Assembly (NCBI GenBank): GCA_946965045.2
Contig: OX337232.1
Location: forward strand, 992,001-1,056,000
Length of the DNA: 64,000 bases
Direction: 5' to 3'
DNA from: Epithemia pelagica
Lineage: Eukaryota; Protista; Bacillariophyta
The position numbers and the translations under genes are program-made. The first letter of the stretch is position 1, and the number at the start of each line of letters is the position of its first letter. Below the pieces are notes generated by a model. The model was not told where the DNA came from, did not search any database, and saw nothing but the letters and a program-made list of their open reading frames with translations. Below are positions 54,143 to 64,000 of this stretch, in pieces.

Positions 54143-56069
54143 TTGAAGTTGCTGGACAACGTTCAGGTCGATAGAATTGGTTCGTTTGACAACACCGTCA
54201 TCATTTTGAGGAGTCATTTTGTTTCCCGCGAAGCCGATTATTCCGGGCAGAATGATTATCCTGTTTGGAATGTTGAATTTGCAAGGGTTTCTAGTGATGA
54301 GACGTCCTATCTTGATTTGGATCGCATTGTCTGCCGGCACCTAAGGTTTGAAGAGAATTGTGCTTTTTCGAGAGCACCTGAAGGTGCCCATATATTTCCG
54401 AAAGCCAAATATAATGGCGGCTTCAAATGGCTTGATGACAAGGAGGATTTTAATCGAATCGCTTTCAAGCAGAGATGGGCATGTGCAGTTTGATGACACG
54501 GATCATGGGAGAGGAAAGCGACAAGACAACACCCAAGGCGACACTTCAGCCAACAGTTCCAGCACATGGATTTCTCCTCGTTCCGTCGATGGGAGGAATT
54601 TCATTGTTCTTCCCATCATTCGTTGTGGTAAACTCAGGACAGATGCAGATGCATGGATTCCTTATTTGAAATAGTTGTTACAAGTCGCAGAGGTGGAAGG
54701 CCAATTTTGCACCACAGGTCTCTCCACCAAAAAGACGACATGTAGTGCTGTTGCACGAAAACGACTCAGATGGTAGCCGCACATGGGTGATAGCAGTACC
54801 AGGTTTACCTGATCCAAGCACAGCAAAGGGATGGGAGAGGGAGGGCAACTCCATTGCCATTCATGAAATTGCGTGGCATCTCTTGAACTACCGGTATCAA
54901 TGTTGTTGTTAACTTGCAAACAACGATACCTCTAGACAGTTCAAGAGATTGCACAACATGAGAGCGTGACGTTCCTGGAAGATATCCTTGACCCACTTAT
55001 CAAAATTCGCAACCGGATTCGAAGCAGAAGCAAAATTGAGACTTTTCGAATCCGGTCGAGAATTTTGATAAGTGGGTCCAGGATGGTCCGGAGAAGGGAA
55101 GGGACGACTTGCGAAAGGCCCTAGACGGTGAGAACTGCACCGGTGTCGATGAAGGCTATTTGCCAAAAGGTCTCCGCCTTCTTTTGAATTTGATGGTACA
55201 AAAGAGTGACCAACTGCAAGGTTTCTCCGCTGACCTCAAGATCGAAGAACTTGGTCTTCAACTTGGCTCCGGCACTACGGCTGTAGTTTTCCGTCGCCTG
55301 GACTCTGACAAAAAAACCCAGACGTGGTAGTAAAGGTATCTCGGTACGGAGTCAAACAAGATATTGATCATGAGCTGGAAATTCCTTAAGAGCTCACTGC
55401 AACCTCATGACTGGAGCTCAATGACTGTTGGTATATAGTCTCTTTTTTTGATGCGAACCGAACGAAACCTGAAGGAATCCCGGCCTCGTTTCATTTTTCG
55501 GAGACTCAAAATAGATACCTCCAAGATGTCGACCTTACTGCAGTTTTGAACAAACACAATATTCTTGGGAGAAACGTCCAGATGAAAGATGTTTTTCGCA
55601 TGCATGTGAAAAAGATGTTTTTCGTTCGTCTGGACGTTTCTCCCTAGAATATTGTGTTTGTCAACGACAAGGCTGTTCTGATCGACTTTTCGCTTGCCTA
55701 CAAACGTCCGACCAGTACAAGCACCGGCAGTAGCGACAATCATGTCACAGGCTTCTTTGCAACACCTATGTTTGTGCATCGGGAAATTGCCAATGCTTAT
55801 CTCAAAAGGCAACAACACTGGAAATCTGCTGAAAAGCATGACGAGGCAGGGCTTGTCACTTTGGCTTTTTTGCTGCTGGTACTGTGTACATGTGGTCCGT
55901 TGACGACTATCCGATGGACATGAGCGATCCGACTGGGAATGAGATGAAAGAACTGGAAAAACCAATGGAACGCCGCATTGCGTTGGCAGCGGCAGTGGTT
56001 GATCAGAGAGTTGGAATTCCTGAGCTCAAGGGGCGCATCAAGAGCCATATTTCGAAGGACAAAGAGTAA
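54143..56069 (+). pseudogene. Crinkler-like HNH-nuclease plus protein-kinase gene, frameshifted and locally rearranged
   Basis: HNH pieces EGAHIFP...FNRIA / SRDGHVQFD. Kinase pieces LGSGTTAVVF, VVVKVS, LDVSP*NIV, LIDFSLA and GFFATPMF. Several frameshifts and stops. Confidence 0.75.
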
Positions 56070-56552
56070 AACTGCAACACTAATGGTTTGGGCATTTCGT
56101 TTGGCACGTCTTTGGCATCTTGTGGGTCGTGTCATGCAAGGTACGAGGACTCGTGGTGTTCCATGGCCCTCTCTTGCTCAATTGCATTCCATCCATTCCT
56201 ACGCAAAGGTAGTCCCTCTGTTGTGGACAGTGCCACAGGAACGGTCCTTTTTTATTGAAACCAACAAAGTAAATGTGGTGTTTTGTTATATTTGTTCCTT
56301 CTCTCTTGCTAGTATTTTGCATGTGGCTTTCCTCCCCCATTACTAGACACAAAGCACAGTGTGTCGTCAGGCACAATGCAGCAGTCAAAACGATCTTCCC
56401 TACTCGACAGTCACGATGTCCGCTACTCGATGGACCAGAACGTTTCCGTCTCCCCAAACGATTACCACGAACAGGAAAGAACTTTCCTGCTGTCCAAGTC
56501 CTTGTGGGATACCCTTTATTTGTTGACTGCTACAAATAATAAGTACCTACTA

Positions 56553-57167
56553 CTACAGCTCTGACTTTGAATCTGTTTCCGGTTCGTTAGTGTCCTGTTG
56601 TTGTTCTTGTTGTTCCAACAAGGCGAGTCGTCGTTGTTCGTTGCGTTTGCTAATGCGTCTCCACGTGACTTGTTTCTCGTGTTCGGTCAATTGATCCCAA
56701 TTGTCGATCCGTCGTGTCGTCCCATCGGTATTCAAAATAATGGGACCCCATTCTTCAAATCGAATCGTTTCTCCCAATCGAATCGACGGAATGGAGTCGT
56801 CGTTGCTATCGGAAGGTCGAGGCAACAAGGGGACGGTATTCGTGTCGGGGGGTTCTTGGGGATTGTTGGAAATACTGCTATCAGTAACATCCTTTGGTTC
56901 CATGTCTTGTTGGATTGAATCGTTGGAGCTCATATTGGAAGAGTCTGGATTCGAGGAGGAAGACGACGACGACGACGTTGTGGCGGACAAGGGTGGCACC
57001 GTGGCTGTTTTCGTTAATTTGGTAGTGGATACCAAGACAACCAAGGAAACGGGCGACGAAGACGACGACAAGGAGAGCCACGCTTGCACCGATCTGGGAT
57101 ACCACGATACCAACAAACTCAGCACCACGAATAACCCAGTTTGTTTGCGACCACTGCTTCGTGTCAT
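56553..57167 (-). CDS. Conserved hypothetical protein, probably plastid-targeted
   Basis: 204 aa, presequence ending VQA-W, and a conserved-looking core GPIILNTDGTTRRIDNWDQLTEHE...RISKRNEQR. Confidence 0.75.
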   Translation of the reverse strand: MTRSSGRKQTGLFVVLSLLVSWYPRSVQAWLSLSSSSSPVSLVVLVSTTKLTKTATVPPLSATTSSSSSSSSNPDSSNMSSNDSIQQDMEPKDVTDSSISNNPQEPPDTNTVPLLPRPSDSNDDSIPSIRLGETIRFEEWGPIILNTDGTTRRIDNWDQLTEHEKQVTWRRISKRNEQRRLALLEQQEQQQDTNEPETDSKSEL

Positions 57168-57359
57168 GGTCCTGAGTTTTTGGTTCTTGGTGTTGACTGT
57201 TGACCCCCCAGACCGAAAACTTCAGGGGTCACCCCCTTAAAAAAGAGGGAGAGCATTGAATGTCGACGGGTACGTCAGCCGCATCAAGGGTGTCACGAAT
57301 CATGAGGAATCTTTCCCCTTTTTGCTTTGCAATTTGTCTCGACACCATCTTTGTTGCTT

Positions 57360-57690
57360 CGATGTGAGGTCCTGTCAAGCGGTCAATTTGGGTACGGGAC
57401 AGGGCGTTTCCGTCTTGGAATTGGTGCAAGGCATGAGCGAAGCGACGGGACGGCCCGTGCCGTATGAGATGGTACCTCGACGCCCGGGCGATGTCGCAAC
57501 CGTTACGCCGATGCTCGTTTGGCGGAGTCACTGTTGCATTGGAAGGCAACCCTAGGTGTTCAAGCCATGTGCGACGATACCTGGAATCGGCAAAAGAACA
57601 ATCCACTCGAATATCAAGAGCAAGAACAAGAGACCGAAACAATCACATCTCCACCAGTAGTCACTATCACTTCGACGACCGAGTAGGAGC
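57360..57690 (+). pseudogene. galE: galE 3' fragment left by a ~1.2-kb deletion
   Basis: Upstream sequence matches 60620-60843, then jumps to the equivalent of ~62050 (GTCCTG.CAAGCGGTCAATTTGGG). Confidence 0.85.
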
Positions 57691-58239
57691 AAGGATTTTG
57701 TGAAAAACCAGATACGCTAGAGGGAAATCACGCGCTAACCAATGCCAGATGAGCAAGATTACTTTCGTTGTAGGATAGATACGAATCTGCTGGTGTTTCC
57801 TTCTAGGTGGTTTTCAGAGAGTCAATGAGAGGGATGTGTTTCACTTGAAGTACTATAGATCCAATGATATGTTGCCTGAACCAAGTAGTGGTATTGGGAA
57901 GTCATGTGGGACAATTTGTTTCCGTGGATGTTTGCTGGCTTACTTCAATGCGTTGGATGTATGGAAAATCACAAAGCAAACTTGGGAACCACTCTAACTT
58001 CTACCAGGAACTTCGATTCTATTGGTTGTTGTAGAAGTAGTGGAATTTGTTACGCACAAAATAACGGGGCGTCTGTGGAACACAAGTTGCAAGTTCCTAT
58101 TTGTGGTTATGAAAGAGGCTCTATGCTATATTTTATGACTCTATCTGGAAGAACGTGTGTTCAAGACATGTTCCATTGAAGTAGAGGAATCGTCTCATGT
58201 GCCACAGCAATGGATGACAGTTGTGCGTCGACCGTATCC

Positions 58240-58930
58240 AATCCGGCCGACGAAATTCACCAATCCTCGTGGAACTTCCAAGCTAGTTCGTGTTCAGCCC
58301 ATTTGTGGGATTGCGAAATTAGCGGCCGACGACGAACAAGAAGACAATGACGACGAACACGAGGAAGTATCCCTTAGCGGGCATTCCCCATCCATTTGCC
58401 AATGGCAGTCACCGCATGGACAAACACATAGGCTCCCGCGGTCCACTTTAAGCCGTTTTCAATCTTGTTTGCAGCTTCCACGTGGGAACTTGCAACTGCT
58501 TCTGCAGCATCTTTGTGTGCATCTGAGAGATGCTCCGCGGCGGTGAGATGGGCGCAACTGATCGCATTTGCCGAAACTGGGATTCCTGTTGAGTATCCCG
58601 ACCAAGTATTTTCGTTGTGCTCAAGGCACTGGCGCAGTTTCACCTAAACAGATTTTTGCATGAGAAAGTGATTGGTGAGAAAAAATTATTAAAAAAGACA
58701 TTGGACAGCAATCGACGAAAGCTTCAGCTTCCGTTTTCTTTTCTTTTGCCGTGGTGATTTCTCGTTCACCAGGAACGCACTGTTTCGCCTCGGTGTATTA
58801 TACGCATGTCGTAGCCAATACCTTTTGAAAGATCGCTACATCAGTCAATGTTCATCATATAACGAATAACGACATACCTCCATATCTGTGCTGCGCCGAT
58901 CAATGTTTGGATCTGTTGGATTCGTCATGG
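58240..58930 (-). pseudogene. Diverged inverted copy of the small two-exon coiled-coil/TM gene
   Basis: ATGACGAATCCAACAGATCCA...gtatgt...tttag-GTGAAACTGCGCCAGTGCCTTGAG. Exon-1 phase differs from the 33210 copy and the 3' end is truncated. Confidence 0.7.
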
Positions 58931-59319
58931 TTTTGATGATGGTGGATGTCCGAAGTTCAAACTGACTTTGGTGTAATCCTGTCTTCGATCAAACAACGCG
59001 ACAAGCGACCCATGCGTAAAAAACGGACGTCCGTCCGCCTGTACGTTATGCTGATTTTTCCACTTTAGAGGTGAGTGAGTCCCGCAGACCTCATTCGGAA
59101 AAAAGTGCCCCCATTGCGGGATTACGAAACGAGCGAGCACCGTCTAGTGAGGAGGAACACGATCCCCATAACGACAAACGAAAAAGTAGGTGGCCCTCCC
59201 ATCCAGGTGCTGTGTTGATGACAGCGGTCAATACAAAGGCCGTTGCGACCCATTTTGTTCCGTTTGAAATCTCTATGGCTGCCTCTTTGCGGGCCGTGGG
59301 CCTTTTCGGCTGTCTCTAC

Positions 59320-60190
59320 AATTTTCCTGACATGACTTCCAATCGTAAGCACGTCCTTGCGATAGCAATTCCATTGCGACATCTTCAAGCATTTTCCCCG
59401 ATATGTCCAGTATTTCATCATCAAGTCGCTTCAGGACGGCATGCATTTTCTCTTTCAACGGCTTCGTTTGCAGTCTGCTCGCCACTTCTAGTTCTACTTG
59501 TAGACTTGTGTACTCCAAATTCTTGGTCGAGAAGCGATTTTCCTCAATCAACCTGTTGTCATAACAGATAATGTATCCACTCACGTTGTTTTTTTCAGTT
59601 TTTCGGTCGACATTGAGCGCAATTGAGGTCAAAGCCTCAACCGAAATTTCCTTCAAACGGGCAGCCAGCTGTTCGTCTGCATCGGTCTGCTCTCCCAACA
59701 CGTTGCGAAGGATACCACCAAACTTGTTATATCGCCTCTGAAATTCGACAAGATCCATTGAAATGCCAGAATTACAAACAACAGCCCACATCTCCCCAAA
59801 TGACCATGGCCAAAAATAGGCAAAAGTGCAGAATCTCTTAAGGTACTCTTTAATTTTATCCTCAAACGGAGAAAGAGTTGAAAGGCTTGGTATGAAGACT
59901 TCAAGTGGGGACATGGTTGAGTCTCCGCCGGGCTCAAAGAAGTAGAGAGTCTTCGTCATTGTTGTCGAAATATCTTCAATGTCTTGTAAGCTCTTGCCTC
60001 TGCCAGATCGAAGACTGCAACTTTTGACTTGACTTGTCGAATGACAATGTCAAATTTCCGTTCCACATCATCCAGCAGTTGCTTCAAAGCATAGACCTGG
60101 AACCAGCTTTTTCCAGTACCAGCATTTCCCACGGGATTACTTTTCGCTCCATTTAGGCTGCCCCTTGACCTCAACAAAAACATAAACCGA
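59320..60190 (-). pseudogene. Fragment of a Crinkler-like P-loop NTPase/REase gene
   Basis: Walker A GNAGTGKS, one frameshift, near-identical to 63540-64000. Truncated after WKSCQ, where it joins a piece of the small TM gene. Confidence 0.75.
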
Positions 60191-60199
60191 AACATGACA

Positions 60200-60614
60200 C
60201 GTCATCATTTCGAATCAACGGAATAGAGTCGTCGTTGCTTTCGTCGGAAGGTGGAGGCAACAAGAGGACGGTATTCGTGTCTGCTGGAGGCTCTTGGGGA
60301 TCGTTGGAAGTACTACCATCAGTAACAGCCTTTGGTTCCATGTCTTGTTGGGATGAATCGTTGGAGCTCATATTGGAAGAGTCTGGATTCGAGGAGGACG
60401 ATGACGTTGTTGTGGCGGACAAGGGTGGCACCTTTGTGGCCGTTGTCGTTAGTTTGGCAGTGGATACCAAGACAGCCAAGGAAACGGGAGACGACGACGA
60501 CAACGACAAGGATAGCCACGCTTGCACCGACCTGGGATACCACGATACCAACAAACTCAACACCACGAAGAACCCAGTTTGTGTTCGACCACAACCATGG
60601 CTGCTTCGTGTCAT
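60200..60614 (-). pseudogene. 3'-truncated paralog of the 56553-57167 gene
   Basis: Same N-terminus up to ...SNDDSIP, with the conserved core missing. Confidence 0.8.
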
Positions 60615-61057
60615 GGTCTCAAGATTTTTGGTTTTGGGGGTGTTAACTGTTGACCCCCCCAACCGAAAACTTCAGGGGGTAGCCCCCATAAAAAGAGGGA
60701 GAGATTTTACGGGGCTTTGAATGTCGACGGGTACGTCAGCCGCATCAGCATCAAAAGGGTGTCACGAATCACGAAGAATCTTTCCTTTGTTTCTTCACAA
60801 AGAGTCTCGAGTCTCGACACCATCTTTGTTGCTTCGATGTGAGAGAGCAAAGACGAGACAACTTTTGCTCTGAATGTTCTGACTGCTCCGCCCATTCGCC
60901 ACAAAAACTCCAAGAGATTGCAGTGTCCTTCGGCCAGACACAGCACGAAGTGTATCCTTTTCCTCTACCTTGTCCACATCACAAAGGAACGCAATTGTGT
61001 TGCGATTCAAAGATGCATCCCGATCGATTGCAATCGTTTGGTTCTTCATCATCGTCC

Positions 61058-62365
61058 ATGGTGACGACGACGAGAATCCATCATGGACCGACCCGTCGTG
61101 GAGGATGGACAGTTTTTTTGTGGATGTTTTTGGTCAGCAGTGTCTGGAATCATCCAGCCACCTGTTTGTCGTTACGTCCCAATCCCCAACAAAATCATCG
61201 ACGAACCGTTTTGGTAACGGGTGGAGCCGGCTACATTGGATCTCATACCTGTTTGGAATTGTTGTTGACCAATCAATACAAGGTAGTAGTCGTCGATAAC
61301 TTGGACAATTCCTCCCAGGAATCCTTGCGTCGTGTGCAAGAATTGGTCCAAGCCGCCAAAGAACAACTGTCTGCAGAAGCCAACGGCGAGGACGAGACAT
61401 GCGACGACGGCAATATTGAAGACATGTTGGTATTCCGCTCGTGCGACATTCGAGATGGCGATACCTTGGAACAGGTGTTGCAAGAATTCCCTGACATTAC
61501 CTCTTGCGTCCATTTTGCCGGTCTCAAGGCCGTGGGTGAATCGGTAGCCAATCCCTTGGCTTATTACCATTGCAATGTCGGAGGGACGGTGCACTTGTTA
61601 CAAGCCTTGGAACGACATGATATTTCCAAATTTGTCTTTTCGTCGTCCGCTACCGTCTATGGCGATCCCGAACAATTGCCCGTCACCGAGTCGGCCAAAT
61701 TGCAGGCGACCAACCCGTACGGTCGGACCAAGCTCTTTATTGAAGAATTGTTGCGGGATGTTCATGCGTCCAATCCAGACTTGTGGAATATTTTGATTTT
61801 ACGGTACTTTAATCCCATTGGAGCGCATCCCTCGGGACGGATTGGAGAAGACCCCCAGGGGATACCCAACAACCTCATGCCCTTTATTGCGCAAGTTTGT
61901 GTCGGTCGTCGGGAAAAGTTGTCCGTCTTTGGGAATGATTACGACACTCCAGATGGGACAGGTGTTCGGGATTATATTCATGTGGTGGATTTGGCCAAGG
62001 GTCATGTCGCTGCCCTCAATCACTTGTACCAGCAACAAGAACAAGACAAGGGGTCCTGCCAAGCGGTCAATTTGGGCACCGGACAGGGCGTTTCCGTCTT
62101 GGAATTGGTGCAAGGCATGAGCGAAGCGACGGGACGGCCCGTGCCATATGAGATGGCACCTCGACGCCCGGGCGATGTCGCAACCGTATACGCCGATGCT
62201 AGTTTGGCGGAATCCTTGTTGCATTGGAAGGCAACCCTAGGAGTTCAAGCCATGTGCGACGATACCTGGAATTGGCAAAAGAACAATCCACTCGGATATC
62301 AAGAACAAGAGACTGAAGCAATCACGTCTCCACCGGTAGCCACTGTCACTTCGACGACCGAGTAG
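61058..62365 (+). CDS. galE: UDP-glucose 4-epimerase with N-terminal hydrophobic extension
   Basis: GGAGYIG, HFAGLKAVGES, SSSATVYG, PYGRTK (YxxxK), LRYFNPIGAH and GVRDYIHV. The start (61058 vs 61013) is uncertain. Confidence 0.95.
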   Translation: MVTTTRIHHGPTRRGGWTVFLWMFLVSSVWNHPATCLSLRPNPQQNHRRTVLVTGGAGYIGSHTCLELLLTNQYKVVVVDNLDNSSQESLRRVQELVQAAKEQLSAEANGEDETCDDGNIEDMLVFRSCDIRDGDTLEQVLQEFPDITSCVHFAGLKAVGESVANPLAYYHCNVGGTVHLLQALERHDISKFVFSSSATVYGDPEQLPVTESAKLQATNPYGRTKLFIEELLRDVHASNPDLWNILILRYFNPIGAHPSGRIGEDPQGIPNNLMPFIAQVCVGRREKLSVFGNDYDTPDGTGVRDYIHVVDLAKGHVAALNHLYQQQEQDKGSCQAVNLGTGQGVSVLELVQGMSEATGRPVPYEMAPRRPGDVATVYADASLAESLLHWKATLGVQAMCDDTWNWQKNNPLGYQEQETEAITSPPVATVTSTTE

Positions 62366-63034
62366 GAGCAAGAATTTTGTGACAAACCAGATACGCTAAT
62401 ACAGGGTAAACTAACGCGCTAACCAATGATGCCAAATGAGCAAGAGCACTAGCTGTAGGATAGATATGAATCAATGGGTGTTTCGTTCTTTTGGTTGTTA
62501 GAAGAGAGTGAATTAGAGGAATGTGTTTCACTTGAAGTACTACTACCGAATGATATGTTGCCTAAACCAAGTAGTGGTATTTTGAGAGGTCATTTGGGAC
62601 TACTTATTTTCGGGGATGGAACATTACCTTTTGTTGGCTTCCCTCAATGCGTTGGAGATGCATGGAAAATCACCTACGAAACTTGGGAACCAATCCGACT
62701 TATCCTAGGAGCTTGGATTCTAATCGCCGTTGTCGTCGTGGTGGAATTTGTTGCGCACGAGACACCGGGGCGTCTATGGCACGCAAGTTCCTCTTTGTGG
62801 TTATGTTATAATTTTCTATACTATATTTGATGACTCTTTCGGTAGGAACTAGGAACGTGCGTTCGAGACATGTTCCAAGAAAGTAATAGAGGAATCGTCT
62901 CATATGCCACAAACATGGATGTTTGTCGACAGAGTCCTATTCGGTCCATCACGTTCCAGGCGTATGGGCATATGGATGAATCAAGGAGTTTCTGGTTTGG
63001 AAGGACTCCAGGGCAAAGGAATCTTTCAACAAAA

Positions 63035-64000
63035 CTACCGATGCTCAGAGAGCCACTTGGTAATGTAGTCTTGCCATGTCATTTGTGGGCTTATCACCCA
63101 AATGTTCGTGGAATTCCACATTGCCTGAAGTCGCAATGAAGGGACTTTGACCGCCTCTGTAAATTGAAGATCGATGTCAAGGGAACCTTGCAGAAAGTCA
63201 TCTTTCGTCAGGGACGCATACGAAGCTGCCAACATGTCGTCTTTTGACGGACACACAATATAGATATCGACAATTTGGTCATCTGCGATGTTCATATGAC
63301 AGATTCGCAGATCGTACAGCGCCAGAATTGTAAGGGGGTGACGACTCTGCCATGTGCATAGGAAAGACACAATGGGACCATTCCCTGTGAATGAGTACAC
63401 AAAATCAACTACAGGAAATCTTGTTTTTGTTGGTGCAATAGTCAAACCGGGTTGGTTGAAATTTGCAGCGAGGGTGTAAGTGCGTTGGATGGTCCTCTTG
63501 CTCGTTGCGAATGAGACCCAGTGAGCTGTTCCAACCTGACATGACTTCCAATCGTAAGCACGTCCTTGCGATGGCAATTCCATTGCGACATCTTCAAGCA
63601 TTTTCCCCGATATGTCCAGTATTTCATCATCAAGTCGCTTCAGGACGGCTTGCATTTTCTCTTTCAATGGCTTCGTTTGCAGTCTGCTCGCCACTTCTAG
63701 TTCTACTTGTAGACTTGTGTACTCCAAATTCTTGGTCGAGAAGCGGTTCTCCTCAATCAACCTGTTGTCATAACAGATAAGGTATCCACTCATCGTGTTT
63801 TTTTCAGTTTTTCGGTCGACATTGAGCGCAATTGAGGTCAAAACCTCAAGAGAAATTCCCTCCAAACGGGCAGTCAGCTGTTCGTGCGCATCGGTCTGCT
63901 CTCCCAACACGTGGCGAAGGATACCACCAAATTTGTTATATCGCCTCTGAAATTCGACAAGATCAATTGAAATGCCAGAATTACAAACAACAGCCCACAT
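63035..64000 (-). CDS. C-terminal part of a Crinkler-like NTPase plus restriction-endonuclease-fold protein; 5' end outside the window
   Basis: The open frame runs to the window edge. GKMLE...FPVVDFV...SFLCTWQSRH resembles a PD-(D/E)xK-like CR-REase, and the paralog at 59.3-60.2 kb supplies the upstream P-loop. Confidence 0.65.
   Translation of the reverse strand: MWAVVCNSGISIDLVEFQRRYNKFGGILRHVLGEQTDAHEQLTARLEGISLEVLTSIALNVDRKTEKNTMSGYLICYDNRLIEENRFSTKNLEYTSLQVELEVASRLQTKPLKEKMQAVLKRLDDEILDISGKMLEDVAMELPSQGRAYDWKSCQVGTAHWVSFATSKRTIQRTYTLAANFNQPGLTIAPTKTRFPVVDFVYSFTGNGPIVSFLCTWQSRHPLTILALYDLRICHMNIADDQIVDIYIVCPSKDDMLAASYASLTKDDFLQGSLDIDLQFTEAVKVPSLRLQAMWNSTNIWVISPQMTWQDYITKWLSEHR

Overview
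Eukaryotic DNA, most likely from a diatom. This is inferred from the bipartite signal+F/W plastid-targeting N-termini, CoDi-like Ty1/copia elements and Crinkler-like genes. The window is a transposon-rich, duplicated accessory region mixed with ordinary genes: gpmA, a ZIP transporter, LAMTOR3, a Rieske/PaO-like oxygenase, a TPR protein and galE. Mobile elements are (1) a DIRS/Ngaro-type retrotransposon running off the left edge, (2) a complete copia at 8536-14867 with apparently identical 294-bp LTRs and TSD GGTTC, (3) a complete copia at 22703-31712 with 766-bp TA...TA LTRs and TSD GCTCT, (4) a ~945-bp TIR-less insertion at ~21540-22486, and (5) a copia remnant near 53.8 kb. Elements 2-4 all interrupt the two paralogs of one kinase gene inside a tandem segmental duplication. 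Four signals stand out. First, the unclassified insertion carries a ~230-nt rod-like fold-back with repeated symmetric GACGAG(A/G)A internal loops capped by GCGAAAGC. Second, copia 1 has a Tf1-like self-priming signature in place of a tRNA PBS. Third, copia 2 has a PBS that looks complementary to the 5' half of tRNA-Asn. Fourth, both the DIRS element and copia 2 have a single in-frame stop codon at the gag/pol junction. All alignments and folds were done by eye and no database searches were run.
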